A stretch of DNA of 64,000 nt, from contig NC_043024.1 of assembly GCF_006345805.1 (NCBI RefSeq), forward strand, positions 17,670,001 through 17,734,000, given 5' to 3'. This DNA is from Octopus sinensis (lineage: Eukaryota). A program made the translations under genes and the position numbers. Below, piece after piece: positions 1-12,743 of the stretch (position 1 is its first letter; each line of letters opens with the position of its first letter). The notes below the pieces were generated by a model. That model worked only from the letters and a program-made list of their open reading frames with translations. It did not search any database and was not told the DNA's origin.

Positions 1-1317
1 GCCAGCTCCTGTCAATCCATCCAACCATAAAAAAGAAGATGTTAAACGATGATGATGATGATATATACCTATGTATGTATGTGTGTGTGTGTGGAGAGAA
101 GAGAGAGAGAGAGTGAGAGAGAGAAAGAGAGGTAGATAGATTGAAACCAAATATGTTTCCTGTAGTTCATTAATTGTGTATTTCATGGTCTATCCCACGG
201 TTTGGGATCCCACATCGTACCACACTTATAGGAGTGGATTGTAAAATGATGTACTGCTAATCCTGAACTTTGAGTATACAGTTCACAACACACACACGGA
301 TGTGTATATATATATACACACATACATACATGCATGCATATATAACGAGAGAGGAGAGAGATTGTTTGATGAGGCGGGGATCGACTGTATAGTGGTCGAG
401 TATTCCTTAGACTTGTACCCTTATAATTCTCGAGTAGAATCAGCATAACAGTGTGTGACAAGACTGTACCTCATGAATTCCAAATGCAATCAACTCGATT
501 TTGTTCACAAGGTATAGGTTGATCCATGCCTATAAAAAGCGACATTTGCCCAAGATGCCATGCAGTAGGATTGAACCTGGACATTGTGATTGCAAAGCAA
601 GCTTCTTAACCACTTAGTCATATGCTGTGATGTATTAATTAAAACAGAAAGGATGAGTTGATCACAGCTGGAACCTTTGTACCACTGAATTTGGACAACC
701 TTGGGCTAAACAACAACATGAATGTTCTTTACATGGTTTATTTGACATGCTAGAAATAGCACACTAATCCCTCTCTAGTTACAGTCAAATGTTTTAAAAA
801 ATAAAGAACAAAAAAACATCAGATGATATGGTTCTGGATGCACTGTTTGTTGGAAAGGGACAGAATGATCACAGCTGGAACACTCTCAATCAGGAGTCTC
901 CAAAGTGGTTGATATCAACCCCTGGGAGTCGATGGGACAAGTCAAGGGGTCAATAAATGCATATCTCCTTAATTATCATTATTATTTATCTATTTTTTTG
1001 TACATGCCCGGGCGTCAATGAGGGGTCAACGATTCTATGAAGATGCGCTAAAAGATGGTCTAAAACTTTTGAGGACCTTGCCCTAGATCATATCTATACT
1101 CAGTCACTGCTGACCAATAGCTAAACAACAGCAATAGCCACAACAGTACCTAACTCAGTGATTCCCAAACTAAGAAATACACGACCCCTTCACCAAAGTT
1201 AGTGTAATTCCATATCCAGTCAATAGAACTTGCTTCAAACAATTAACCTTTCTTTGGCCTAACATTGGACAAATTCCCAAAGTATATAATTATATTAATT
1301 TCACTAAACATAGGCGT

Positions 1318-1935
1318 AGGTGTGGCTGCGTGGGTAGGAAGCTTGTCTTCAAGCTATGTGATCTTGGGTTCAGCTCCACTCTGTGGCACCTTGAACATGT
1401 GTGTATTACAATAGCCCTGGGTTAACCCTTAGCCTTGTGAGTAGATTTGGTAGACAGAAACTGAAAGAAATTAAGGCGGCAAGCTGGCAGAATGTTAGCA
1501 TGCCGGGCGAAATGCCTAGCGGTATTTCATCTGCCGCTACATTCTGAGTTCAAATTCTGCCGAGGTTGACTTTGCCTTTCATCCTTCCGGGGTCGATAAA
1601 TTAAGTACCAGTTACACACTGGGGTCAATGTAATCAACTTAATCCCTTCGTCTGTCCTTGTTTTATCCCTCTATGTTTAGCCCCTTGTGGGCAATAAAGA
1701 AATAAGAAACTGAAAGAAACTTGTTGTACATGTGTGTGTGTGTGTTTGTCCTCCACCTCCACCTGACAACTAGTGTTGGTGTTTCTTTCCCACTCACTTA
1801 GTGGTTTGGCAAAAGAGACTGATGGAATAAGTACCAGGCTTTTAAAGAACCAAATAAGTCCTGGAGTGGATTCATTTGACTAAAAATTCTTCAAGGCAGT
1901 ACCTCAGCATGGCCTCAGTCTAAAGACTGAAACAA
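1318..1935 (+). mobile_element. tRNA-derived SINE family 1, interrupted by a nested family-2 SINE
   Basis: Head ggcgtaggtgtggctgcgtgg..., core gccttgtgagtagatttggtagacagaaactgaaagaa, tail cagcatggcctcagtc..gactgaaac. Matches the full copy at 62588-62988. Confidence 0.9.
1471..1704 (+). mobile_element. tRNA-derived SINE family 2 (MetaSINE-like central domain), full length, with 15-bp TSD
   Basis: ggcggcaagctggcagaatgttagc...ttctgagttcaaattc...gactttgcctttcatccttccggggtcgataaattaagtaccag. Flanked by agaaactgaaagaaa at 1456-1470 and 1705-1719. Confidence 0.9.
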
Positions 1936-2239
1936 ATAGATGTGTGTGTTGTGTGTATGTGTGCATGCATGTGTGTGTGTGTGTGCCTTGACATCTTTCA
2001 TTGGTTGCAGATGGGCAACATCATCTTTAAAGCAAGTTCATTTGTTTTCTGTTTCCTGTGAAAGCCATGTCTAGCTACGGGAAAATAATCCCTTGCCCTG
2101 GAAATGGGTGAGGGTCAGTGACAGCATGGGCACCCAGCTGTAAAAAAAATCTACCTCTACAAATTCCACGTGATGCATGCAAGTATGGAAGACTGAACCT
2201 CAAATGAGAACTACAATATATCCGGTCTCTTTTTTAGTA

Positions 2240-2600
2240 CCAAGTTCAGTGAGGGACAAGTTTGCAGGAGAAACAGGTGTCGGCGATATAGAGATTGTTG
2301 TAGTGGCACAGGAGCAGCAGGCGATTGCCTTTGCCATTGGTGAATGGGTCGCTGAATGTTGTGTCAATGGGTCGAATCTGAAGGGAGTCTGTCAAAGGAA
2401 GCCTGATGGAAAAGGCTGTGGTAACATTGACATCCATCAGAGTGATCATGATATCATGGCAAGGGATTAAGCAAGATTTCCAGAGGCTTGACATCATCTT
2501 GGAAGATGCATAGGGGCTGGCATGGGGCTGCTGGTGTTGGAGAGCACTAGTGGACTTGGTTGACTCTACGCATGACAATATCTCTGGGACCACTAACCAG
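2240..2600 (-). mobile_element. Decayed non-LTR retrotransposon APE endonuclease fragment (RTE/L2-like)
   Basis: ORF 2246..2593 ends ...NGKGNRLLLLCHYNNLYIADTCF, resembling the NG.RLL.FC..NNL.I.NTFF motif of LINE endonucleases. Confidence 0.65.
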
Positions 2601-4361
2601 GGATGACCCTAGCCCCTATCAAACCTGAGCACAAAGCAAGTAAACATGCAAATTTTCCAGTCCTCACAGACCTCCCCCAACACTTCTGTTTCTCCCCTTC
2701 ATTAAATTAGCCATTATTCCTTGACTGTAGCCATCATCAACACTAGTTAAATCACCATGGTAACATGAGATGTCACATCAGCAGAATCCTGTGAGTCATC
2801 TCAATAGATCCATATATTTCATGTCAAGGCTCCTCCCTTCCACTGTTAAACTACACCAGTTTATCTCAATTCCTGGTTTCCTCTAACTGGGTCTGTCTTT
2901 ATGTCCCAGGAATTCACTCATTTAACTTGTTGTTTGGTTTCTATTCCCACCCACTTGCTTCGTGTATATTGAACTAGGCCGTTTTCTGGACAACATTGAG
3001 GATCATCTGCTGTGTGTGTGCATGTGTGTGTTTGTGTGTATTAGTGTGTGAGATTATAGGTTTGCTCACTCATAGTTGACATGAGATTAACAAAAGCAAC
3101 AACCATAGAAAACATACCTACATTTATATATGTAGGTCAACTTTGCCTTACAGCATTGCAAGGTTGATGGAATAAGTACCAGTTGAGTACAGGGGTCAAT
3201 GTAATTGACTTACCCCCCCCCCCCGTCCCGTAATTGGTGGCCTTGTGCAAAAATTTAAAATCAATATATTGTCTGGATAGGAAACAAAGTTCCTCCCACA
3301 TTAAGACAAATAATAATTATATTCGTTTAAAAAATTTAATGATTTCCAATCTATTATTTTAAAAAATTGTAATATAATTAGTCTATGGAGTCCTGTGGAC
3401 AATTCAATAAATGGTAAATGTATTGGTATTAAACTGGTAAAGTATCTGCTGCTGTCTTTCATGTTTAATGTGTATATTAACACATGGTGTTATTAATACC
3501 AGTTTGGTATCATGGGTGTAGATTTAGAATACATAAAATACACTTGCTGTAAAAGCAGAAAACATGTTGCCTTTATTGCAGAGCCAGGAATGTGTGTGTG
3601 GTGTATATGCATTGTGTGTGTGTATCTGGAGTGTTTGTGTGCATGTGTGTGTCTGGTGTATATGTGTGTATTGTGCATTTGGTGTGTGTGTGTTTTTGTT
3701 GTATTTGTGTTTGTATGTGTGTTATATGTTTGTATGTACTGTGTGTGTGTGTGTGTGTCTGGTGTATGTACTCTGTGTTTGTGTGTATGTGTGTATTCAC
3801 CTCAAATGACTGAGTTGGTTTTAAGAGACATTAATTGCATGTGAGTATATAAATTGGTCATAAAATAATATAATATAATATATAGCATTTATTAAATATT
3901 ATATTATTATATAAAAATATAATAATGTCTGAAATTTCACGAAAATTTTTGAAATTAATTTCTAACACAGTCACAAAGCCAGAAGTTTAGGAGAGTGGGG
4001 AAGAAGCTGAAAGCAGTGAGGAAACAGTAGTGAAGCAGCAGGGAAACAGTGGAGAAGTAGCAGGAAAGCAGTAGGAAGGCAGTAGATTGAATTAATCTAA
4101 GTAATTGATTGGTATTTTATTTTATCAACCCCAGATAGAACAAAGGTAAAGTTGACCTGGGTAAGGTTTGAACTCAGGGCACAAACAGTTAAAACTAACT
4201 ACAGCTAGGGGATGAATGGTCTTTAGTTTTTTTTGTATGTATCATTTTTGTTTTAATTTAAATGAATGTGTGTATACATACATACATACATACATACACA
4301 CATACATACACATACACTCACACATACATACATACATACATACATATATAGTGAATCGAAA

Positions 4362-4482
4362 CAAAGAAGAAAGAAACGAGAAAAAAACAATAACGTGAGG
4401 ACATGGTACAAGTGCTGTATTATGAGATGCTCAGGAAAGGAAGGAAAGAGGATTTAATGTTTTGAGCCTTGCTCTTCTTCAG
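4362..4482 (-). mobile_element. Penelope-like terminal fragment with degenerate hammerhead-like motif, truncated by a SINE
   Basis: Minus strand reads ctgaagaagagcaaggctcaaaacattaaatc. Related copies at 7575-7740, 60830-60990 and 17985-18030. Confidence 0.55.
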
Positions 4483-4810
4483 TGGTTAGAGCGTCGAGCT
4501 TACGATCGTGAGGTTGTGAGCTCGAATCCCGGACCGGGCTGCGTGTTGTGTTCTCGTGCAAGGCACTTTATTTCACGTTGCTCCAGTTCACTCAGCTGTA
4601 GAAATGAGTTGCGACGTCGCTGGTGCCAAGCTGTATCGACCTTTGTCTTTCCCTTGGATAACACTGGTGGCGTGGAGAGGGGAGGCTGGTATGCATGGGC
4701 GACTGCTAGCCTTCCATAAAAACAACCTTGCCCAGACTTGTGTCTAGGAGGGTAACTTTCTAGGTGCAATCCCATGGTCATTCATGACCGAAGGGGGTCT
4801 TTACCCTTTA
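4480..4810 (+). mobile_element. tRNA-derived SINE family 3, young copy with CpGs intact
   Basis: A-box-like tggttagagcg, B-box-like gagctcgaatccc, CORE-like tcacgttgctccagttcactcagctgtagaaatgagt. A decayed partial copy lies at 33915-34160. Confidence 0.85.
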
Positions 4811-4939
4811 TATATATATATTATATATATATATATCATAGACAGAGAGAGAGAGAGATTTATATATACAGTGAGAGAGAGAGAGATAGATATATATATA
4901 TATATACATACATGTTATGTATATATTCTTTTATTCTTT

Positions 4940-5335
4940 AACTTCTTTCAGTCATTTGACTGCGACCATACTGGAGCACCACCTTTGGTCGAACAAATCG
5001 ACACCAGGACTTATTCTTTGTAAGCCTAGTACTTATCCTATCAGTCTGTTTTGCCGAACAGCTATGTTACGGAGACACAAACACATCAACATTGGTTGTC
5101 AAGCGATGGTGCTGGGACAAACACAGACATGCAAACATACACACACACGCATACACACACACACATATATACACAACGGGCTTCTTTCAGTTTCCGTCTA
5201 CTGAATCCACTCACAAGGCCTTGGTCAGCCTGAGGCTGTAGTACATTTACCCAAGATGCCATGCAGTGGTAATGAACCTGGAACCATGTAGTTGGTAAGC
5301 AAGCTACTTACCACATACCCACTCCTATGCCTATA
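4940..5335 (-). mobile_element. SINE family 1, full copy
   Basis: Reverse complement of the 62588-62988 element with an internal CA microsatellite. Confidence 0.9.
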
Positions 5336-5379
5336 CATCTGTATATGTATTGTATACAGATATATATGAATGTAACATT

Positions 5380-5643
5380 CGAGTGTAGTCATTGCCAGTG
5401 CCGCTGGACTGGCTCCTGTGCAGGCGGCACATAAAAACACCATTTGAGTGTGGCTAGTGCCAGTACCGCCTGATTGCACCCACTAAACTCTCAGAGTATT
5501 TGGCATCAGGAAGGGCATCCAGCTGTAGAATCTCTGCCAGATCAAGATTGGAGCTTGGTGCAGCCATCTGGCTCGCCACTCCTCAGTCAAATCATCCAAC
5601 TCATGCCAGCATGGAAAGCGGACGTTAAATGATGATGATGATA
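5380..5643 (+). mobile_element. 5'-truncated 3' end of the RTE LINE with (ATG)n tail
   Basis: ggaagggcatccagctgtaga...catgccagcatggaaagcggacgttaaatgatgatgatg matches the 3' UTR of the RTE at 61007-62395. Other tail copies at 1-63, 10110-10190, 30020-30245, 42590-42830, 44345-44520, 48745-49000, 52235-52690 and 63594-64000. Confidence 0.85.
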
Positions 5644-5718
5644 TGTGTATACATACATATATATATATATTATATATATAATATATATATTTACATACAT
5701 ACATGCCTACATCTATAC

Positions 5719-5780
<62 letters not shown>

Positions 5781-6028
5781 GTATATGTATGTATGTAGGT
5801 ACATACATCACAATATATCTATGTATTGGCCTATATTATTAAATTCATAATCTTCAATGAACTCCTCCATAAACTTCATCTATTTTCATGAACTTTTATT
5901 AACATCTCTTGTTGTTCCTTAACTCTGTTCATCTCATTGCTTTCTTAACATCATTCAATATTGTTTTCTCTCCTTTATACTCCTTCATATAAACACCATT
6001 TATAAACACAAACACACATAGAAATATA

Positions 6029-6069
<41 letters not shown>

Positions 6070-6495
6070 TATATATATATACACATACATACAAGCATAT
6101 ACATATATAGATATAGACACACATACATGCTCTCACTCACACACTCATATTTATATGGGTATATATCTACATATATAGGCATTCACAGAGAGCATATGTC
6201 AGCTATTGATTGCATTGTTTATGGCTTTTAATATATATTTGACTGTTTTTTTCTTTTTGCCAAAATCTTCTTGTAAAATGAGAAAGTATTTCATTTCAAT
6301 ATATATATTTTGGGTAGGTTATTATCTTCCATTTCATTGGATTATATACAGCCACGGTGTATATATGTGTGTGTGTGTGTGCATGAATGTATATAGATAT
6401 AGATAGGTAGATAGATAGCTAGATATTCACACATATATATGTATATACATATGTACATACATATATACATACACTTATATGAGCATCTATATATA

Positions 6496-7015
6496 TAGTG
6501 TTGTCCGGAAAGTTTGTGCTGATTTTTAAAGGAAAGAAAAAGGTCAATAAATACTTGTATTACATTTTTAATCAACCAAATATGAACCATTTTCTTGCAC
6601 AATGTGTCTCCATCTTTCCTTTAACTTGAAAATACCCTCTTCCCATAATTGAAGTGGTTTCATGGTAAGGAATTCATCAAGGTATCTTTTTATGTCATCC
6701 AAGGAATTGAAATTTTTACCATTAAGACTATTCTGCAGAGACCTGAATAAGTGGAAATCCGAAGGAGCAATATCTGGTGAATATGGAGGGTGGGGTAACA
6801 CATCCCAGCCAAGCTGCTGCAATTTTTGTCTGGTCCCAAAGCATCAAGTGTCGAAAATGAACTTTCTTATCTTCCATTTTAAAGGGTTACAAAATTAACA
6901 CAGGTTATAGGAACATAAACCTTCATCCACGAAAAGATAGCTTAAACTGTGCTCTAAATGGAGGTGTAGTCAAATACTATTTTATGGACTCAACCATGTT
7001 CTAAAATAAGTTATC
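6496..7015 (-). mobile_element. Internally deleted mariner element (non-autonomous), one TIR lost
   Basis: ORF 6568..6822 contains LGWDVLPHPPYSPDIAPSDFHLFRSLQNSL, the mariner YSPDLAP motif region. TIR-like gttgtccggaaagttt. Same deletion as the 45999 copy. Confidence 0.92.
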
Positions 7016-7137
7016 AAGTGATGGTGTGGAGAGAAACATACATACATACATACATACATACACATATATATATATGTTTGTTTTGTAAATTCTAACTACA
7101 TCATCATCATCATCATCACGTTAAACGATGATGATGA

Positions 7138-7292
7138 TGATATGAGAATTTACAAAAAAAAAACAAAAGATGAAGATGGGTGTGTAAACAACAAACAGAT
7201 GTATTAGTTTAAAGTTTGGGAAAGTCTTTTGCGTTTCGAGCCTACGCACTTCGACAGAAAGGAACACAGAAATAAACAGGGAGAGAAAATAG

Positions 7293-7305
<13 letters not shown>
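7138..7305 (-). mobile_element. Penelope-like terminal fragment with degenerate hammerhead-like motif at 7226-7261
   Basis: Minus strand cttt-ctgtcga-a-gtgc-gtag-gctc-gaaac-gc-a-aaag keeps type I hammerhead topology with several core changes. Confidence 0.5.
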
Positions 7306-7337
<32 letters not shown>

Positions 7338-8024
7338 AGAGAAGAAGAAGAAAATGGAGATTGTGAAGTTAATATGAGTTTATTATCAACAACAAATCGA
7401 GAGTTGTTTGAATTATACACAGTGAATTAATTAAATATCAATTTCATATCTCTGAGCATAATATCTTTAGAGGGGAACAAAAAATATACCAACAGGTGTT
7501 TATATGCTTGTTTATGGATTCATTATAGAAGACAATATATAATTAACAAAAAAAATATGAAGAAAAAAACATAAGCAAAAAACAACAACGTGAGGGCATG
7601 GTACATGGAAAGTATTAGCAGATGCTCAGGGAAAGAAAGAAAGATTGTTTTATATTTTGAGCAAAGCTCTTCTTCTGAAACAGGAGACAGAGGAGAGTTC
7701 AAGAGAAAAGGAAGCCGGAGGGGAAAAATCACCAATGATGTACATATAGTTATATTTTGTATATATACAACAGGGTTTTTTCAATTTCCATCACCCAAAT
7801 CCACTCACAAAGCTTTGAACCCAAAACTGCTTAGTTGGGAAGTAAACTTCTTAACTACCTGTCCTTGTCTGCACTTATATCCAATGGGTTAAAGAATTGA
7901 GAATAGCCCAAAGTGAGATTTGAACTCGGAATTTTGAGAGCAAAAATATAATATTCTTCAACAGTTGGCATAATACCAAGACCCCAACATCAACACCAAG
8001 ATACAGGACCAGATATTTTTCTAC

Positions 8025-8232
8025 TTTAGGCACAAGGCCCGAAATTTTGGTGGTGGGGGGCAGTCATTTAGATTGACCCCAATACACAACTGGTACTTAA
8101 TTTATTGACCCCGAAAGGATGAAAAGCAAAGTCAACCTCAGCAGAATTTGAACTCAGAATGTATAGACAGACGAAATACTGCTAAGCATTTTGCCCGGTG
8201 TGCTAACAATCCTGCCAGCACCCCACCTTAAT
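8025..8232 (-). mobile_element. SINE family 2 copy
   Basis: Reverse complement of the family-2 head and Meta-like core, with the alternative tail ...ggccttgtgcctaaagtagaaaa. Confidence 0.85.
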
Positions 8233-8419
8233 ACAGGACCAGATGCTGCAACAGCTTGGGTTTCAAGGGCCTACAGCTCTTTAAACCTTTCTTTCTGTTG
8301 AGATACCCTGTGTTTCTTTCAATTAATTTTAAATATAACAAAGCTAGTGTTAGGAGTATAAATTGTGACTAAGGTTTGGTGGAAGATTTTAGTTCAAAAC
8401 TTTTGAAAACATAGAGCCA

Positions 8420-8660
8420 GTTTGAGAGACTTACACATGTCAGATGTAGATGTATTCAAAACAAAACTGGATTGCCTCCTGTCAAGAATTCCAGATGAAC
8501 CTACCTCATGGTAGGAAACGCAGATGCAGGCAACAGATTCGAACTCCCTTATCCACCTAATGCCACATATCAGAGGGGGCTTCAAATAATGAAGATGTAG
8601 CAAAAAGCTAACGCTGATGCCCCAGCATGGTCGCAGCTCTCGTGCTGAAACTAGTTAAAA
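8420..8660 (+). mobile_element. 3' end of a CR1-like LINE
   Basis: Translates LRDLHMSDVDVFKTKLDCLLSRIPDEPT, typical of a CR1-group ORF2 C-terminus. Ends gccccagcatggtcgcagctctcgtgctgaaactag. Confidence 0.65.
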
Positions 8661-8764
8661 TTTAATTCATGAGATGACAGTCTTCAATAGCTGCCAATTT
8701 TGTCAACGTTTAATGAAGATTTTTCTAATATTCTACAAAAATTGCTTACTATGGAATGTTGTTT

Positions 8765-9002
8765 GTTCCTTCTTGAGCCACGCCTGGCTCATAAGGGCCG
8801 GTTTCCCAGTTTCCTTGGCGTATAGGTTCCCCATGGTCTGTCACAGATACCAGAGGGCGCACACTCTCCTACCTTGATGTAATTTCCAGGGATACAGGCA
8901 TCCAGCAACAGGACCTCCGTAATGCTATGATGGACCATGAAGTCTGGCGTAACACAGTAAATTCCGTTGATTCAACCTCGGTCAAACAATGATGATGATG
9001 AT
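8765..9002 (+). mobile_element. Short RTE-derived non-autonomous element with (ATG)n tail
   Basis: 3' part translates YLDVISRDTGIQQQDLRNAMMDHEVWRNTV, resembling the RTE ORF C-terminus (Y.D....D.G.......AM.DR..WR), followed by tgatgatgatgat. Confidence 0.65.
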
Positions 9003-9205
9003 CACAGGTGAGCTGCAAGATGCAGGAGGAAAGAGTGAGAGAAAGTTGTGGCGAAAGAGTCAGCAGAAGTTTGCCATTACCTTCTGCCAGAGCCGCTTAG
9101 AACTTAGGTGTTTCGCTCATAAACACACATCACCCGGTCTGAGATTCGAACCCACGATCCCTCGACTGCAAGTCCGCTGCTCTAACCACAAGGCCATGTG
9201 TCTCC
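8995..9205 (-). mobile_element. tRNA-derived SINE family 4, partial
   Basis: Minus strand gtggttagagcagcggacttgcagtcgagggatcgtgggttcgaatctc (A and B boxes), then a body shared with 18690-18972. Confidence 0.8.
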
Positions 9206-9692
9206 TATAATGAAATACATTGTGTCAACTCAGGTGAAATTTGAACCACGAAGTTTGAGAAAGTGAAACAAAATAGCAAGAGACAGTTTAATCTTTCTAA
9301 TACTGCTCAAGCATTTCCATCAATTCTTCCGACACTTAACAAGTGTATTCTAATAATATTTGATGAAATTGCTAATTGATTAATTAATGAAGATCAGCTA
9401 ATATGTCAGTGAAGGCCATCAAGTCACCGGCATATGATATCAATTTTTGAGTGACAGTCATTTTGAAGGTCATGTGCTTAGCTGCTGCTGCTATCTCAGC
9501 TTTTAGACATGGTCCTCCTTTAGTGGTAGTTGTATATTTATCAAGTACCTCTTAATTGTAGCAGGAGAGAGAGAGAGGGAGAGAGAGACGTGTGTGTGAG
9601 GGGAAATGGCTGCTTTGGTTTTCTTTTCTTATTTCATTTGTTTATGTCCATATTTATTTTAGCTGTCAATAAACAGATTTTCACTTGACCAG

Positions 9693-9764
9693 TGGTGGTG
9701 TTACTTCTGTGGAACTGTTCCCAATGCGAGACATTATTTAAATGCGACCATATTTAATGGAGAA
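9693..9764 (+). CDS. Candidate internal coding exon (WWCYFCGTVPNARHYLNATIFNGE), unidentified protein
   Basis: Acceptor ttttcacttgaccAG, donor gaa|GTCAGT, 72 nt, stop-free in phase 0-0, non-repetitive sequence. No homology recognised. Confidence 0.4.
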
Positions 9765-10465
9765 GTCAGTGGTGCATGTGTGTGTGGTGGGGGTAGACAT
9801 TGGAATCAGGAGAGGGGTTGTATGAGTGGGTGCATATATGTATGTGTCTATGTTTGATAGCAGGGACTATGTGCATGCATATACACAGGTAGATATTTAT
9901 GTGTATACATACACATATATATGTAGATGTGTGCGTCTATATCTATTTATCCATATATATATTATATATATATATATATATAATATATATATTTATCCAT
10001 ATATATATTTATATATTGAATTGACCATGCTGGAGCACTACCATTTGGTGTTGGTACATAATTTTTATTTTGTACATATGCACACACACACATATATATG
10101 GGGCAGCTCCCCCACTTGCCAGCTCTGATCAGATCATCCAACCCATGCCAGCATGGACAACAGATGTTAAAAGATGATGATGATGATGATGTGTCCTTCT
10201 AATTGTTGTTTCTCTTGTCCGCCTTTGTGTCATCTATCTGAGTGTTTTAATTACCCACTATTGCATTTTTGTTCCATTTACATATATATACATGTGTGTG
10301 TGTGTGTATATTTATACACATATATAAAATATATATGTATATATACATACACATACATGTATTATATGTACATATATATATATATATTATATACATATAC
10401 ACATGCACACACACTTATAAATCAGTGATGGGAATGGTGGTAATGTTCCTTTATTTTCAAACTCT

Positions 10466-10498
<33 letters not shown>

Positions 10499-10660
10499 GG
10501 TCTGTAGAATCTAAACCAGGACTTGCTGCAGTGTTTTACTTTTGGGCTGGTTTCTATAACTGGATTTAACAGAGCAAACTGGTTGGGTTTTATTTTGTGG
10601 CACCAGCGCTACTGAGGTCACCTTGTCGCTTGCAAAGTAAAAGAGAGCTCCCCCCCCCGC

Positions 10661-10692
<32 letters not shown>

Positions 10693-10799
10693 GATTGATG
10701 GCACAGGCACAGCGTATGGTGGTGGTGATATTAACAGATGAATAGTGTTAGGGCAGGGGAAAGTAATAGACAAAAGAGGGGAAACAAAAAAAGAGGGGG

Positions 10800-10825
10800 T
10801 ATGTATACATACATATATATATATC

Positions 10826-10874
<49 letters not shown>

Positions 10875-10875
10875 G

Positions 10876-10906
<31 letters not shown>

Positions 10907-10907
10907 G

Positions 10908-10942
<35 letters not shown>

Positions 10943-10943
10943 G

Positions 10944-10990
<47 letters not shown>

Positions 10991-11020
10991 GTGCGTATAT
11001 ATATATATATATATATAGAC
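10800..11020. repeat. Compound (TA)n/(TATG)n microsatellite
   Basis: Direct inspection. Larger similar tracts at 20750-21260 and 59100-59720. Confidence 0.97.
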
Positions 11021-11269
11021 ATAAATATATTTGTATGCACACGTGTGTGTGTACTTATATACACGGAAATACACACATGCACAAATGCATACGTTTATGT
11101 GTGTGTATCTATATATGTATGTGAAAACACGGACACACTGTTGCTTACAACAATAACAAATAACGATAGATTCTCAATCAATATGTTTGATAGACAAGAA
11201 TTACAACAACAACTATAACTACCATAGCATATGGGACAAAGTGCTTGCCTCCATGTGGCGGCCACAGCG

Positions 11270-11620
11270 GCTAGAAATAGCTACCAAATCTCCCTCAGTT
11301 TACACATTTCTCATCTTCAGAAAGGCGTGGACACAGTGCACAGTATAATCACACATATATAGGAATAGTGGATGGTCACGGCTGGAGTGCTTTCGATGCT
11401 GACACTGCTCAGTCAAGGCGACTAACAACTTTAAAAATACAAGCCGGGGAACGAGCCTGTACGTGGTCTTTGAATCCTCTAGAAATAGCAGCCGAATCAT
11501 ATCTTTGAGCAATAAAACAATAGAAATGCTCGTTAAATAACGTTGTCTTAAATATTATACTACGTTGGTAAATGAAGGGATAGTCACGGCTGGAAAGCTT
11601 TTCATCGTTGGTTTGCTCAG
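11270..11620 (+). repeat. Dispersed retroposon 3'-end repeat (ctagaaatagcagcc...gatggtcacggctggaa), two tandem copies
   Basis: Same motifs recur at about 650-900, 11830-11880, 14085-14140, 14470-14620, 20480-20600, 22190-22330, 22950-23100, 24820-24900, 43170-43260 and 54570-54660. Confidence 0.7.
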
Positions 11621-11902
11621 TCAGCGTTGTCCCTTGGTTAAGCAGCAACAACAGTAGCAGCAGCAGCTGCTTCTGGTGCTGCTATATCAGTAACGGCTGC
11701 AACAACAACAACAACAATATCTGCAACAGCTGCTTGCGAATTAGCATCATCATCATTAGCAGCAGCAGCAACAACAATTCTAATTATAAAATGCGGCGGC
11801 AAACAAACCAACTCGTGGTGGTTGAGCCTGCAAGAAATAGCAGCCAAAACTCCGTCGAATCACGCTCTACCGTCTTACAAAAAAAAAACAAAAAAAACTG
11901 AC

Positions 11903-12212
11903 CACGTTGGATAAATGTGATTCTTGGTTTCCTGCTGCATCGCTTAGAAAAGAAGCTGGGGTTGGGCACGGCTAGATTTCCTTTGATCATAGGTTTCCTG
12001 GGCGATCTTATAACGAAATATAGCCGTTTCCTGTTCCAGATCAGGTCTGATCTGGCGCAAAAACAATTACCGTAAATACAGCAATCATTGATATTAGTAA
12101 GAGGGACGACGGTTTGGCCGGATCGTTTGAACGCCAGACAAAATACCTTGTGGTATTTTACGTACACAAAATCCTTCAGTTCTCTGATTCTCAGTATGTG
12201 GGGCTGCACTGA
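11903..12212 (-). CDS. Candidate minus-strand exon (SVQPHILRIRELKDFVYVKYHK...RITFIQR); coding status uncertain
   Basis: Minus-strand acceptor catttttcAG and donor gtg|GTCAGT bracket a 310-nt stop-free frame (part of ORF 11784..12209). Unique, non-repetitive sequence. No homology recognised. Confidence 0.3.
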
Positions 12213-12589
12213 CTGAAAAATGATGTTTGCATTTTCAAAACTTCTCTTGACGCAAATCCTGGTTTTCTCATTAGTTACCTGTTATTTATCTTTTACTTGT
12301 TTCATCCTTTGGACTGCGGCCATGCTGGGGCACCGCCTTAATGAATTCTTAGTTGGGTGAATCAATCCCAGTACTTTTTAAAATCTGGTTCTTATTCTAT
12401 CGGTCTCTCTTTACCGAACCTCTAAGTTGCAAGGACGGAGAGATTCAAAATATTTCCATAAATTTTTGATGTGCTTTTCGTTAGTAGCATGACTGTCTGG
12501 AGGCGGGCAGTGCGCTTCACCTGATGTTTTTATAGGGGTGGTAATTCATAAGGAAAAATCTATACAATATGTTGTATTTTATGTGGGGA

Positions 12590-12743
12590 CAGGGCCGGCT
12601 CAAGGTACCGGCAACACGGGCAGTTGTCCGGGGTGCCATGTGCTAGGGGGCGCCAAGGAGGACGTGACAAAGAAATTTCCACGACCTTGTACACATCGAA
12701 GTTCAGCTTGGTCGGGGCAACAGCAACCCTAAGGGCGGCCCTG
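12590..12743. mobile_element. hAT-type MITE, 154 bp, with perfect 8-bp TSD
   Basis: TIR cagggccg / cggccctg. TSD tgtgggga at 12582-12589 and 12744-12751. Confidence 0.9.

Noticed and set aside
166-240. Possible + strand exon SLIVYFMVYPTVWDPTSYHTYRSG, and nearby frame LFDEAGIDCIVVEYSLDLYPYNSR (about 362-440)
   Set aside because: Weak donor for the first, no pyrimidine acceptor for the second, phase not directly compatible with the 9693 exon, and no recognised homology.
4480-4545. tRNA-like sequences (also 9130-9200 and 18905-18972)
   Set aside because: They lack a complete cloverleaf and continue into repeated SINE bodies, so they are SINE heads rather than tRNA genes.
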